Of a stretch of 47,804 nucleotides of DNA, positions 17,453 through 25,485 are shown one piece after another (the first letter of the stretch is position 1; each line of letters begins with the position of its first letter). The translations under genes and the position numbers were made by a program. Under the pieces are notes generated by a model. That model saw nothing but the letters and a program-made list of their open reading frames with translations. It was not told the DNA's origin and ran no database searches. Source of the stretch: Candidatus Limnocylindrus sp. GTDB taxonomy: Bacteria; Chloroflexota; Limnocylindria; Limnocylindrales; Limnocylindraceae. The DNA lies in the NCBI GenBank assembly GCA_044343985.1, contig JBIJDR010000002.1, positions 1 through 47,804 of the forward strand, read 5' to 3'.

Positions 17453-18408
17453 GCAGCGTCGCTCGCAGCCTGCAAGAGGCGCTGCGCAAGGCTGAGCCGT
17501 GCGGCGTCGTCGTGCATCACGGTCTGCGTGCCAACGATGTTTGCGACGAGTGGCGCAAGGTCGGCGCGCAGCTCGCTCGTTAGGTCGCTCTCCTCTACGA
17601 GAAGCGTGTCGAAGAGTCCTGGAAGTGCGCGCGCCACACCAACTGGGGAGGCGGGGAGCTTGGCGGCGCTGAGCATGCGGTCGGCCGGTCCCTTGATCGC
17701 CTTTCCGGCAACGATCGGCGAGACGCCGATCACGTGAACGCCGCGCGCGCGTGCGGCGCTGATCGCTTCGCTCATGCCGCCAACCGCAAGGATCGGTGCG
17801 ATGGAGATCATTGGATTAGATGGCGCGATCACGATGAGATCCGCCTCGCTGAGCACCCTCTCAACCTCTGGTGTGATGCGCGTTGCGACGGCACCATCAA
17901 AGGCAACCTCGAGCACCTCAGGCTTCGACTGTGCGCCAACGAACCAGGGCTGGAACTCCATCCAGCCATCCGGCGTGCGCAGTTTGGTGCGGAGCGGATC
18001 GTCGGTCGCCATCAGGATCGGTGCGTCGGCCAGCCCGAGCCCCCGCTGCAGCTCTCGGTTTACATCAGTGAGACGGCCACCCGCCTTAAGGAGTGCCGTG
18101 CGATGAATGTGGAGGGCGAGGTCGCGATCACCGAGCTTGAACCAGTTCGGTGCGCCGATCTTGCCGAACTGGTCGAGCGCGTTCCAGCTCTCGCCAGCGA
18201 GCCCCCATCCGCGTTCACGGTCGCCGAGTCCCGCGAGCGTGTAGAGGAGCGTGTCGTGGTCGGGGCAGATGGTGAGGCCATGCAGCTCAAAGTCGTCGCC
18301 AGGGTTGGCGATGATGCTCAGTTCACCGTGCGGGAGTGCGCGGTAGAGGCCGTCGCCAAGCTTTGCGCCGCCGACCCCGCCAGCGAGGAGTGCAACGCGC
18401 CGACTCAC
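17449..18408 (-). CDS. cofD: 2-phospho-L-lactate (or EPPG) transferase CofD/FbiA
   Basis: LAGGVGGAKLGDGL N-terminus; 319 aa. 4-nt overlaps with both neighbours. Confidence 0.9.
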   Translation of the reverse strand: MSRRVALLAGGVGGAKLGDGLYRALPHGELSIIANPGDDFELHGLTICPDHDTLLYTLAGLGDRERGWGLAGESWNALDQFGKIGAPNWFKLGDRDLALHIHRTALLKAGGRLTDVNRELQRGLGLADAPILMATDDPLRTKLRTPDGWMEFQPWFVGAQSKPEVLEVAFDGAVATRITPEVERVLSEADLIVIAPSNPMISIAPILAVGGMSEAISAARARGVHVIGVSPIVAGKAIKGPADRMLSAAKLPASPVGVARALPGLFDTLLVEESDLTSELRADLAPLVANIVGTQTVMHDDAARLSLAQRLLQAASDAA

Positions 18409-19400
18409 GCGGTGAGGCCGGGGAGCACCTCACGGCCGAAGGCTTCGGCCCACTCGGCCTGGTTGCGCCCCACGTTGTGCAGATAGATCTTGTCGAAGCC
18501 CATATCCAGGTAGCGCTGGATTGTCTTCTGATGTGCAGTGAGATCACTGGAGATCAGCATGCGCCCAGCGAAGTCTTCTGGTCGCACGAGCTTCGCCATC
18601 TGTTGGAAGTCGGCAGGGTTGCGAATATCTTGCTTCGGGAACTTCATCCCACCGTTCGGCCACTCACGCAGCGCGTTCGCGAGCGCCTCTTCGTCTGTTG
18701 GCGCCCAGGAGAGGTGGACCTGCAGGATCTTCGGCATGGTGTCTGGGTTCTTACCAGCCGCACGCGCACCTTCTGCGAACTTCTCAAAGACGGTCTGGAT
18801 CTTCTCGTCGGCCGCACCCACGGTGATGATCCCGTCGCAGAGCTCACCCGTCTTCTTCGCCGTGATCGGCCCCGCCGTTGCCACGTAGATTGGTGGCAGT
18901 TCTGCTGGGAGCGTCCAGAGTCGCGTGCTCTCCAGCTGGTACCAACGACCAGCATGCTTCACCTCTTTCCCGGTGAAGAGCTTGCGGATGATTTCAATCG
19001 CTTCAAACATGCGCGCGATGCGTTCGCCAACCTCTGGCCAGTAGCCGCCCACAACATGTTCGTTGAGTGCCTCGCCTGAGCCGAGACCGAGCCAGTGTCG
19101 ACCTGGGTACATGGCGGCGAGCGTTGCCGACGCCTGCGCCACCGTTGCTGGATGCATGCGCCAGCCAGGGCAGGTGACACCAGGGCCGATGTCACCCTTC
19201 GTCTTCTCTGCAAGAAGGGTCATGACGTTCCAGACGAACGGCGCGTTCCCCTGTTCTGGTACCCACGGCTGGAAGTGATCGGCGGCCATGATGCCACTCA
19301 TGCCAGCGCGTTCAGCGGCAACGGAGAAGTCGACGATCTCCTGTGGCCCGAACTGCTCGAGCATCGCGGCGTAGCCGATCTTTGATGCACTACTCGCCAT
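18405..19400 (-). CDS. fgd: F420-dependent glucose-6-phosphate dehydrogenase (LLM class)
   Basis: Collinear with mycobacterial Fgd1 as I recall it (KIGYAAMLEQFGP..., AADHFQPW, GLGSGEALNEHV, PIYVATAGP). Confidence 0.85.
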   Translation of the reverse strand: MASSASKIGYAAMLEQFGPQEIVDFSVAAERAGMSGIMAADHFQPWVPEQGNAPFVWNVMTLLAEKTKGDIGPGVTCPGWRMHPATVAQASATLAAMYPGRHWLGLGSGEALNEHVVGGYWPEVGERIARMFEAIEIIRKLFTGKEVKHAGRWYQLESTRLWTLPAELPPIYVATAGPITAKKTGELCDGIITVGAADEKIQTVFEKFAEGARAAGKNPDTMPKILQVHLSWAPTDEEALANALREWPNGGMKFPKQDIRNPADFQQMAKLVRPEDFAGRMLISSDLTAHQKTIQRYLDMGFDKIYLHNVGRNQAEWAEAFGREVLPGLTA

Positions 19401-19402
19401 GA

Positions 19403-19846
19403 TCAGGACGCTCCAACGGTGCGCTTCACCCCAGGTTCGCCGTGAGTGAAGATCGCGCTCGGGGTGAGTTCGAATCCGATTCGCTCCTGTGCACGGAATT
19501 CGGCAATGCGCGCCTCAAGAAGCTCCGGCTTTGTGATGTAGCGCGCGGTGATCTTCGCCATCTGCGCCTGTGCCGCCTCCTGGTCGTCAATGATGTGCAC
19601 CCGTCCAACGATCTGAACGTAGTTGTAGCCCTCTTCAACCATTAAGGCGACGCGTGGGTCGCGGCGCAGGTTCGCTGGCCAGCGGCGCCCGTTGGAGCTA
19701 TTGAAGAGAATGCGGTCGCCCTCAAGGGCGTACCAGACCACGGCGGAGAAGGGGGCGCCGTCCGCGTTCACCGTAGAGAGCGTGGCGAAGCGGGGCCGTT
19801 CAAGGAAGGCCCGAATCGCGGGGTCGTTCAGCCGCTCTGCGCTCAT
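19403..19846 (-). CDS. PPOX-class (pyridoxamine 5'-phosphate oxidase fold) probable F420-dependent enzyme
   Basis: FLERPRFATLSTVNADGAPFSAVVWYALEGDRILF...VQIVGRV split-barrel pattern. Start set at Met 19846 (MSAERL) because TAGCGT lies 7 nt upstream; the longer ORF to 19912 overlaps deoD. Confidence 0.75.
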   Translation of the reverse strand: MSAERLNDPAIRAFLERPRFATLSTVNADGAPFSAVVWYALEGDRILFNSSNGRRWPANLRRDPRVALMVEEGYNYVQIVGRVHIIDDQEAAQAQMAKITARYITKPELLEARIAEFRAQERIGFELTPSAIFTHGEPGVKRTVGAS

Positions 19847-19853
19847 GAGGCGT

Positions 19854-19859
19854 ACGCTA
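19854..19859 (-). promoter_or_regulatory. -10 hexamer TAGCGT, 7 nt before PPOX ATG (F420 operon)
   Basis: The minus strand reads TAGCGT-acgcctc-ATG. Confidence 0.45.
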
Positions 19860-19910
19860 CACGGAACGGTGCCCGCCGTCCCTGGTGGGCCCAGTAGTTG
19901 CGGAGGCACC

Positions 19911-20690
19911 ATGGCGCAGATCCATCTTCATGCGGAGTCAGGGGATTACGCCCCAGTTGTCCTCCTCCCAGGCGACCCGAACCGCTCCAAGCGGATCGCG
20001 GCGCGCTTTGATGGCGGCCTTGAGAAGGCGAAGCTCGTCAATGATCATCGCGGCCTGCTCGGGTACACCGGCACGGTGAACGGCGTCCCAGTCAGCGTGC
20101 AGACAACTGGCATGGGGACACCAACCACCTCCATCGTTGTTGAGGAGCTGCTGAACCTTGGCGTTGAGACCTTTATCCGCGTTGGAACATGTGGTGGCTT
20201 CTTGCACCTTGATACGGGCGATGTCCTCGTTGCATCTGCAGCGGTTGCAAGTTCAGGGATCGGTCCGATCCTTGGCTTCAACGAACCCACCGCGCCGACC
20301 GCTGATTTTGATGTGACGAACGCGCTGGTCGCCGCCGCAAAGGCGGAGGGTCTCACCACGCATGTTGGTCCGATCGTCACCTCCGATGTCTTCTACGACC
20401 CAGAGCCGCAGGGGACGGCGCGATGGGGGACGCGCGGCTACCTCGGCGTGGAGATGGAGTCGGCGGCACTCTTCCTCCTTGCGATGCGCGAGCGCGCGAA
20501 GGGTCGGCCGGTTCGTGCTGGCACCATCCTCACCGTCTCCGACACGATTCGCGACCCAAAACTCGTTGAGGAGAAGCGGAAGGGGGGCAACGAGGCCTGG
20601 TACCGACTTCCGGAAGAGGAGCTGATCCAGCGCATCGATCGCACGATCGGCGCCGCACTGAAGGCGGCGGCACAGCTCGGCTCGCGTTGA
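19911..20690 (+). CDS. deoD: purine nucleoside phosphorylase, DeoD/PNP-UDP_1 family
   Basis: Internal ATG 19911 preceded by GGAGG. Sequence HLHAESGDYAPVVLLPGDPNRSKRIA...GVPVSVQTTGMGTPTTSIVVEEL...IRVGTCGG...LGVEMESAALF. Confidence 0.8.
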   Translation: MAQIHLHAESGDYAPVVLLPGDPNRSKRIAARFDGGLEKAKLVNDHRGLLGYTGTVNGVPVSVQTTGMGTPTTSIVVEELLNLGVETFIRVGTCGGFLHLDTGDVLVASAAVASSGIGPILGFNEPTAPTADFDVTNALVAAAKAEGLTTHVGPIVTSDVFYDPEPQGTARWGTRGYLGVEMESAALFLLAMRERAKGRPVRAGTILTVSDTIRDPKLVEEKRKGGNEAWYRLPEEELIQRIDRTIGAALKAAAQLGSR

Positions 20691-21535
20691 CTGGGAACAC
20701 GCCGCGCCTCGGTGTTGCGCTCGGCACGATCGGACTACCAGCAAACGAGTGGCTCGACCTTGCTGGTGAGTTAGCGCAGCTACCGATCACACGTGTCTGG
20801 ATATGGGATCACCTGATGGGGCGTGGCGCACCTGAGCGCCCAGTGCTTGAGGCGCTGACACTCGCCTCCGCAGCACTCGCTCGGCACCCAGCACTCCGCG
20901 TTGGCACGCTGGTGCTTGATGTCACCAAGCGTCATCCGGCGCTCGTTGCAAAGTCGGTCGCCACCATCACTTCGTTCGCACCGGGTCGACTCCTTATTGG
21001 ACTCGGCGCCGGTGGCGATGCGGCTGAGCATCAGGCGCTCGGCATCCCATACGGCAGCAGCGGAGAGCGGCTGGAGCAGCTCGCGGAGTCCGTCGCAATC
21101 TTCCGCGCACTGCTTGAGGGCGATCCAGCGGCGCGGGTCGCGTACGTCGCACCGAGCGGCCGCGTTTCTCTTGATGGCGCCGCCTCGTCCCCGCGTCCGA
21201 ATGAGCGCGTGCCGCTTTACGTTGCGGGCGATCACCCAGAGAGTATTCGCCTTGCGGCAACAGAGGGGGACGGCTGGATCGCCCCCGTCACAACCTTTGC
21301 GGCGGGGATCACGCGTTTGCGCGAAGAGGAGCGGCGCAGTGGCCGCGCGGCGGGGAGCGTCAGCGCCGTTGCCCTGCAGGAGCTCGGGAAAAACGAGTTG
21401 CTCGCAGAGACGCCGTTCGGCTCCAGCCCTGACGCTTGGCTCGCGGAGCAACGAGCGGCGGGTGCCGATGAGGTGATCATCACGGTGCGAAGCGCGCGTG
21501 ACGTTGCCGCACTATCTGCGATGATGAACGTATGA
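20687..21535 (+). CDS. LLM-class (luciferase-like) probable F420-dependent oxidoreductase
   Basis: TTG start overlaps the deoD stop (TTGA). Bacterial luciferase-like TIM-barrel pattern (RVWIWDHLMG..., LLIGLGAGG). Confidence 0.75.
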   Translation: MTGNTPRLGVALGTIGLPANEWLDLAGELAQLPITRVWIWDHLMGRGAPERPVLEALTLASAALARHPALRVGTLVLDVTKRHPALVAKSVATITSFAPGRLLIGLGAGGDAAEHQALGIPYGSSGERLEQLAESVAIFRALLEGDPAARVAYVAPSGRVSLDGAASSPRPNERVPLYVAGDHPESIRLAATEGDGWIAPVTTFAAGITRLREEERRSGRAAGSVSAVALQELGKNELLAETPFGSSPDAWLAEQRAAGADEVIITVRSARDVAALSAMMNV

Positions 21536-21981
21536 GCAAAGTACTTACGCAACCATGTGTTCGTTGCGGAGCCCCCGTCTCACTACAGACTGCGCTCTGT
21601 GAGCGCTGCAATCCGCTGGGGCTCGCCCAACCATCTGCAAGCCAGACGCACGGCACCGTCTTCCTCGGCATCGGCGCCGCCGTTCTGATTCTCGCCTCGC
21701 TCGCCGCAAGTTCGGTGAAGGGGATCGGACCGTTCGACGTGCAGATGACGCCGGCGATCTCAGTTCCCGGCGGCCTCTCCGTTCAGGTGAGCGTGACGAA
21801 TACTGGGAGTGGCGGCGGTGCTGCAACCTGTCGCGTCACCACCACCAAGCTCGGCAGCGCTGGCATTCAGGAGATCGTCACCACTGAGCGTATTGAGCCT
21901 GGCGCCACGGTGAGCGTGGAGCGCGAACTGCGCGCCTTTGGCGCCGAGCCGATCCCGCTGCTGATTAGCTGCGGCGGCTAA
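21532..21981 (+). CDS. hypothetical zinc-ribbon / single-TM / extracytoplasmic beta-rich protein
   Basis: CVRCG...CERCN ribbon, TM FLGIGAAVLILASLAA, then a Thr/Val/Ser-rich ~85 aa domain. The ATG overlaps the LLM stop by 4 nt. Confidence 0.55.
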   Translation: MSKVLTQPCVRCGAPVSLQTALCERCNPLGLAQPSASQTHGTVFLGIGAAVLILASLAASSVKGIGPFDVQMTPAISVPGGLSVQVSVTNTGSGGGAATCRVTTTKLGSAGIQEIVTTERIEPGATVSVERELRAFGAEPIPLLISCGG

Positions 21982-21988
21982 CCCGACT

Positions 21989-22531
21989 CTACTCGTCCGC
22001 CTCGACGAGTCGCTTCAGGTGGCGTAGATCTGAACGGAAGATTGCGCCGAGGATTGGTCGCTGCACGAATCCTCCGATTGTTGCGAATAGTGGTGGCCGC
22101 AAGTACTCCGTCCAGTTGATCAGCGTGCCCCCCTCGGGCGTGGCGCTGAACAGCAGCAGGCCCTCGCCAGTGAATCGCCCTTCATGCCGAATGCCGAATG
22201 CGTGTGGGGGCTCAAGCCGCGTAATGACCACGTCGTCTGTGGTGGAGATGCCGAAGATGCGCACCGTTGCACGTCCGCGTGATCCAACGCGGATCGGTCC
22301 AGGTGTGATCATTTCGACGCGTTTCATCTCGTGCATCCACTCAGGCTGACGCTGAACATCCGCAGCGATCTCCCAGACTCGTGCTATTGGCGCGTTGATC
22401 GTGATTGACATTCGAATCTCTGGGCGCTCAAGGGAGCCACGCGTCACGGCGCGTGCGAGAAGTAGTTCAAGAAGTACGGCCAAGACGGTAGCGCCCACGA
22501 GGAGGAGCGCGATCAGCCCAACTGGCGGCAT
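21989..22531 (-). CDS. membrane-anchored SRPBCC (polyketide cyclase/START-like) family protein
   Basis: TM LIALLLVGATVLAVLL, then INAPIARVWEIAADVQRQPEWMHEM... typical of SRPBCC. Start set at Met 22531 with AAGGAGAGG 5-6 nt upstream; the Pro-rich extension to 22630 is unlikely. Confidence 0.65.
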   Translation of the reverse strand: MPPVGLIALLLVGATVLAVLLELLLARAVTRGSLERPEIRMSITINAPIARVWEIAADVQRQPEWMHEMKRVEMITPGPIRVGSRGRATVRIFGISTTDDVVITRLEPPHAFGIRHEGRFTGEGLLLFSATPEGGTLINWTEYLRPPLFATIGGFVQRPILGAIFRSDLRHLKRLVEADE

Positions 22532-22652
22532 CAGCCTCTCCTTGGGTGGGCTGGCTGCACGGGGCGAGCCGATAGGAGGGGGCTCAGGAGCGGGGATCGG
22601 CGCCACTTCGTCACCCCCACATCCTCGCATGGGGCGCTACCCTTAGGGGGCA

Positions 22653-25340
22653 GTGCAAACCTTCGATTTCCTTGAACAGATCCCGGACACGGACCCCGCC
22701 GATACGGCGCGTCTGATCGCCGAGCTTGAGCGTTCGGTCACCGCCCACGGCCCTGAGCGGGCCAAGCTGCTGATGATGCGCCTGATGTCGCGGGCGAGAG
22801 ACCTTGGCGTTGATCTCCCAACACTCGCCACCACCCCGTACATCAACACGATCAAGACGAGCGATGAGCCAACCTTCCCTGGCGACGAGGCGATGGAGAC
22901 GCGCATCCGCCATATCGTGCGCTGGAATGCGGCGGCGATGGTGCTCCGCGCCAATAAGGAGCATCCAGGAATCGGCGGACACTTGGCAACGTATGCGAGC
23001 GCGGCGAGCCTCTACGAGGTTGGCTTCAACCACTTCTTCCGCGGGAAGCAGGGTGGCGCTGGCGACCAGATCTTTTATCAGGGACACGCCGCTCCTGGAA
23101 TTTATTCACGCGCGTATCTCGAGGGGCGCATCAGCGCGCCGCAGCTCGACCGCTTTAGACAGGAGACGGCGGGCCCTGGCGGGCTTCCCTCATATCCGCA
23201 TCCGCGGCTCCTCCCAGATTTCTGGGAGTTCCCAACCGTCTCCATGGGTCTCGGCGGGATCGGATCCATTTATCAGGCGCGCTACAACCGCTATCTGCAC
23301 AATCGCGGACTCACGGATACATCTAATAGTCGCGTCTGGGCCTTCCTCGGCGACGGCGAGATGGATGAACCAGAGTCGGCTGGCGCACTCACGCTTGCGG
23401 CGCGCGAAGGCTTGGACAATCTCACCTGGGTGGTGAACTGCAACCTGCAGCGCCTTGATGGTCCGGTGCGCGGCAACGGGAAGATCATCCAGGAGTTGGA
23501 GGGCCTCTTCCGCGGCGCTGGCTGGAACGTGATCAAGGTGATTTGGGCTCGCGAGTGGGACGATCTTCTGGCGAAGGATGACGACGGCGAACTCGTCCGC
23601 AAGATGGATGCGACCGTTGACGGTGAATTCCAGAAGTACACCGTCGCTGGTGGCGCCTACATTCGAGAACACTTCTTCGGGCCGGAGCCGCTCCTCCAGA
23701 AGTTGGTGGGGCATCTCAGCGACGACGATCTTGTGAAACTCCGACGCGGTGGACACGATTACCGGAAGATCCACGCCGCCTACGCCGCCGCCGTTGCACA
23801 CAAGGGTGCACCAACGGTGATCTTGGCGAAGACGGTGAAGGGCTGGACACTCGGCCCATCCGTTGAAGCAACGAACCCTGCGCATCAGGCGAAGAAGCTC
23901 TCTGAAGTGGAGCTGCTCGCCTTCCGCGATCGACTCGGCCTCCCGATTCCGGACGCAAAGATTCCTGAGGCGCCGTACTACCACCCGGGTCCGAAGTCTC
24001 CAGAGGTTGCCTACATTACGGAGCGTCGCGCCGCGCTCGGCGGGCCACTCCCGTCGCGCGTTGTGCATCCAGTCATGTGGACGCCGCCACTCGCAGCGGT
24101 TGATGACGAGTTCGCGGCGGGGAGCACTGCGCCAGTCAGCACGACGATGGCCTTTGCAAAGTTGCTGCGCAACCTGATGCGTGACCCTGCACTTGGGAAG
24201 TTGATCGTCCCGATCGTCCCCGACGAGGCGCGCACCTTCGGCATGGATCCGCTCTTCAAGCAGGCGGGGATCTACGCACCGTTCGGACAGCGCTATGAGC
24301 CGGTCGACTCTGAGCTGCTGCTCAGCTACCGCGAGTCGCAGAGTGGGCAGGTCCTTGAAGAGGGGATCACTGAAGCTGGCTCCATGGCCTCCTTCCAAGC
24401 GTCAGGGACAGCCTATGCAACGCACGCTGTGGGGACGATCCCGTTCTACGTCTTCTACTCCATGTTCGGATTCCAGCGAGTTGGCGATCAGATCTGGCAG
24501 AGCGGCGACGCGCGCGTCCGCGGCTTCCTGATCGGCGCAACGGCTGGGCGCACCACGCTCGCTGGCGAAGGGTTGCAGCATGACGATGGTCACTCGCAGC
24601 TGATCGCACACGCCATGCCACACGTCGCTGCGTACGATCCATCCTTCGCATACGAGATGGCGGCGCTGGTCCGCAAGGGGATCGAGCGAATGCACGAGCG
24701 CGGCGAAGATATCGTCTACTACCTGACCATCTACAACGAGAATCAGGTGCAGCCGCAGCTCCCAGTCGGCGCGTCGGTCGGCGAGGGGATCCATCGCGGC
24801 CTCTACAAGTTCGCCGAAGCGGATGCGGCATCGAGCGGACCGCGTGTCCGGCTCTTCGGCTCTGGCGCAATCATGGGCGAGGTGCTGAAGGCGCGCGACC
24901 TGCTCCGTGAGCGATTCGGCGTGCGCGCCGAGATCTGGTCCGCCACCTCGTATTCTGAGCTGCGACGAGAGGCGCTTGTTGTTGAGCGCTGGAATCGCCG
25001 CCACCCAGAGGCAACGCCGCGCAAGGCCTGGCTGCAGGAGCAGCTTGGTGATGACAGCGCACCGATCGTTGCCGCGAGCGACTGGATGACCGCCATTCCA
25101 GACCTTGTTGCCCCATGGATCAACGTGCCGTACCTGGTACTCGGCACCGACGGCTTCGGTTTGAGCGATACGCGCGAGGCGCTACGTGACTTCTTCTCTG
25201 TTGACTCCACGCACATTGCGGCGGCGGCGATGGTCGCGCTCTCGCGCAGTGGCGAGCGAACTCCTCGTGACGCGGCGGCAGCGATCAAGGAGCTCGGCAT
25301 TGACCCAGAGCTGCAGCCAGTCTTCGTCCTAGATCGATAG
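22653..25340 (+). CDS. aceE: pyruvate dehydrogenase E1 component, homodimeric type
   Basis: 895 aa; PDTDPADTARLIAELE...TPYINTI...FPGDEAMETRIRHIVRWNAAAMVLRANK... and collinear thereafter. GTG start. Confidence 0.95.
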   Translation: MQTFDFLEQIPDTDPADTARLIAELERSVTAHGPERAKLLMMRLMSRARDLGVDLPTLATTPYINTIKTSDEPTFPGDEAMETRIRHIVRWNAAAMVLRANKEHPGIGGHLATYASAASLYEVGFNHFFRGKQGGAGDQIFYQGHAAPGIYSRAYLEGRISAPQLDRFRQETAGPGGLPSYPHPRLLPDFWEFPTVSMGLGGIGSIYQARYNRYLHNRGLTDTSNSRVWAFLGDGEMDEPESAGALTLAAREGLDNLTWVVNCNLQRLDGPVRGNGKIIQELEGLFRGAGWNVIKVIWAREWDDLLAKDDDGELVRKMDATVDGEFQKYTVAGGAYIREHFFGPEPLLQKLVGHLSDDDLVKLRRGGHDYRKIHAAYAAAVAHKGAPTVILAKTVKGWTLGPSVEATNPAHQAKKLSEVELLAFRDRLGLPIPDAKIPEAPYYHPGPKSPEVAYITERRAALGGPLPSRVVHPVMWTPPLAAVDDEFAAGSTAPVSTTMAFAKLLRNLMRDPALGKLIVPIVPDEARTFGMDPLFKQAGIYAPFGQRYEPVDSELLLSYRESQSGQVLEEGITEAGSMASFQASGTAYATHAVGTIPFYVFYSMFGFQRVGDQIWQSGDARVRGFLIGATAGRTTLAGEGLQHDDGHSQLIAHAMPHVAAYDPSFAYEMAALVRKGIERMHERGEDIVYYLTIYNENQVQPQLPVGASVGEGIHRGLYKFAEADAASSGPRVRLFGSGAIMGEVLKARDLLRERFGVRAEIWSATSYSELRREALVVERWNRRHPEATPRKAWLQEQLGDDSAPIVAASDWMTAIPDLVAPWINVPYLVLGTDGFGLSDTREALRDFFSVDSTHIAAAAMVALSRSGERTPRDAAAAIKELGIDPELQPVFVLDR

Positions 25341-25355
25341 CCGACACTCGTCGGC
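25340..25355 (+). terminator. GC-rich hairpin immediately after aceE stop (no U-tract)
   Basis: GCCGAC-actc-GTCGGC: 6-bp stem with a 4-nt loop. The first G is the last base of the TAG stop. Confidence 0.3.
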
Positions 25356-25439
25356 ACGTGGCCACGCACAGAAGTGGCACCCTATTCGTATCGGGCAAGG
25401 GGCTTTGACGAATACCGCGTGGAGTGGGACGCTTGCCAT

Positions 25440-25470
25440 GGCTGAATCATCTGATTAATTCGGCTGATTA
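25440..25470. promoter_or_regulatory. candidate operator: three CTGAwTyA repeats in an AT-rich patch just upstream of the FTR1 RBS
   Basis: gGCTGAATCA (25440-49), TCTGATTA (25450-57), GGCTGATTA (25462-70). AATCA-tc-TGATT also forms a 5-bp inverted repeat. TTGCCA at 25433-38 could serve as a -35. Confidence 0.4.
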
Positions 25471-25485
25471 GGAGGGCTTCACGCC

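Noticed and set aside
19692-19912. Long N-terminal extensions of the deoD ORF (from 19692) and the PPOX ORF (to 19912), which overlap each other.
   Set aside because: The conserved protein cores start at ATG 19911 (GGAGG upstream) and ATG 19846 (TAGCGT 7 nt upstream). The extensions are low-complexity and mutually exclusive.
22532-22630. A Pro-rich 33-aa extension of the SRPBCC ORF.
   Set aside because: The internal Met 22531 has a strong AAGGAGAGG RBS and starts directly at the TM helix.
23190-24398. A 402-aa antisense ORF inside aceE. Similar long shadow ORFs occur at 27124-28002, 43276-44148, 46982-47767, 17734-18486, 18336-19079, 12809-13528, 20780-21451, 37929-38564 and 38702-39310.
   Set aside because: Each is fully overlapped by a strongly supported gene on the other strand. 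They are Arg/Pro/Ala/Gly-rich with no recognisable motifs, which is typical of stop-codon-poor antisense frames in high-GC DNA.
22653-25340. aceE stands alone without E2. lpdA lies 17 kb away and is paired with lipA instead.
   Set aside because: Dispersed PDH/ODH components with a homodimeric E1 are normal for Actinobacteria, so this is not evidence of anything new.
25438-25458. A 6-codon uORF (ATG GCT GAA TCA TCT GAT TAA) in the FTR1 leader.
   Set aside because: It has no RBS and no -10 box at leaderless distance, and it is too short to evaluate. It is probably fortuitous.
25395-25480. Patches resembling the TPP (THI-box) riboswitch: GGGGC...TGACGAATACC versus CUGAGAAAUACC; CTGA-TTAAT-TCGG hairpin versus CUGG-AUAAUG-CCAG; TAGGAG versus UAGGGA. 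They lie upstream of an operon containing an NMT1/THI5-type binding protein.
   Set aside because: There is no P3 hairpin between the GGGG and UGAGA-like segments, and the invariant CUGAGA is broken (TGACGA). A ~25-nt insertion separates the halves. The first downstream gene is an iron permease. The resemblance may be chance in an AT-rich patch. cmsearch with RF00059 would be decisive.
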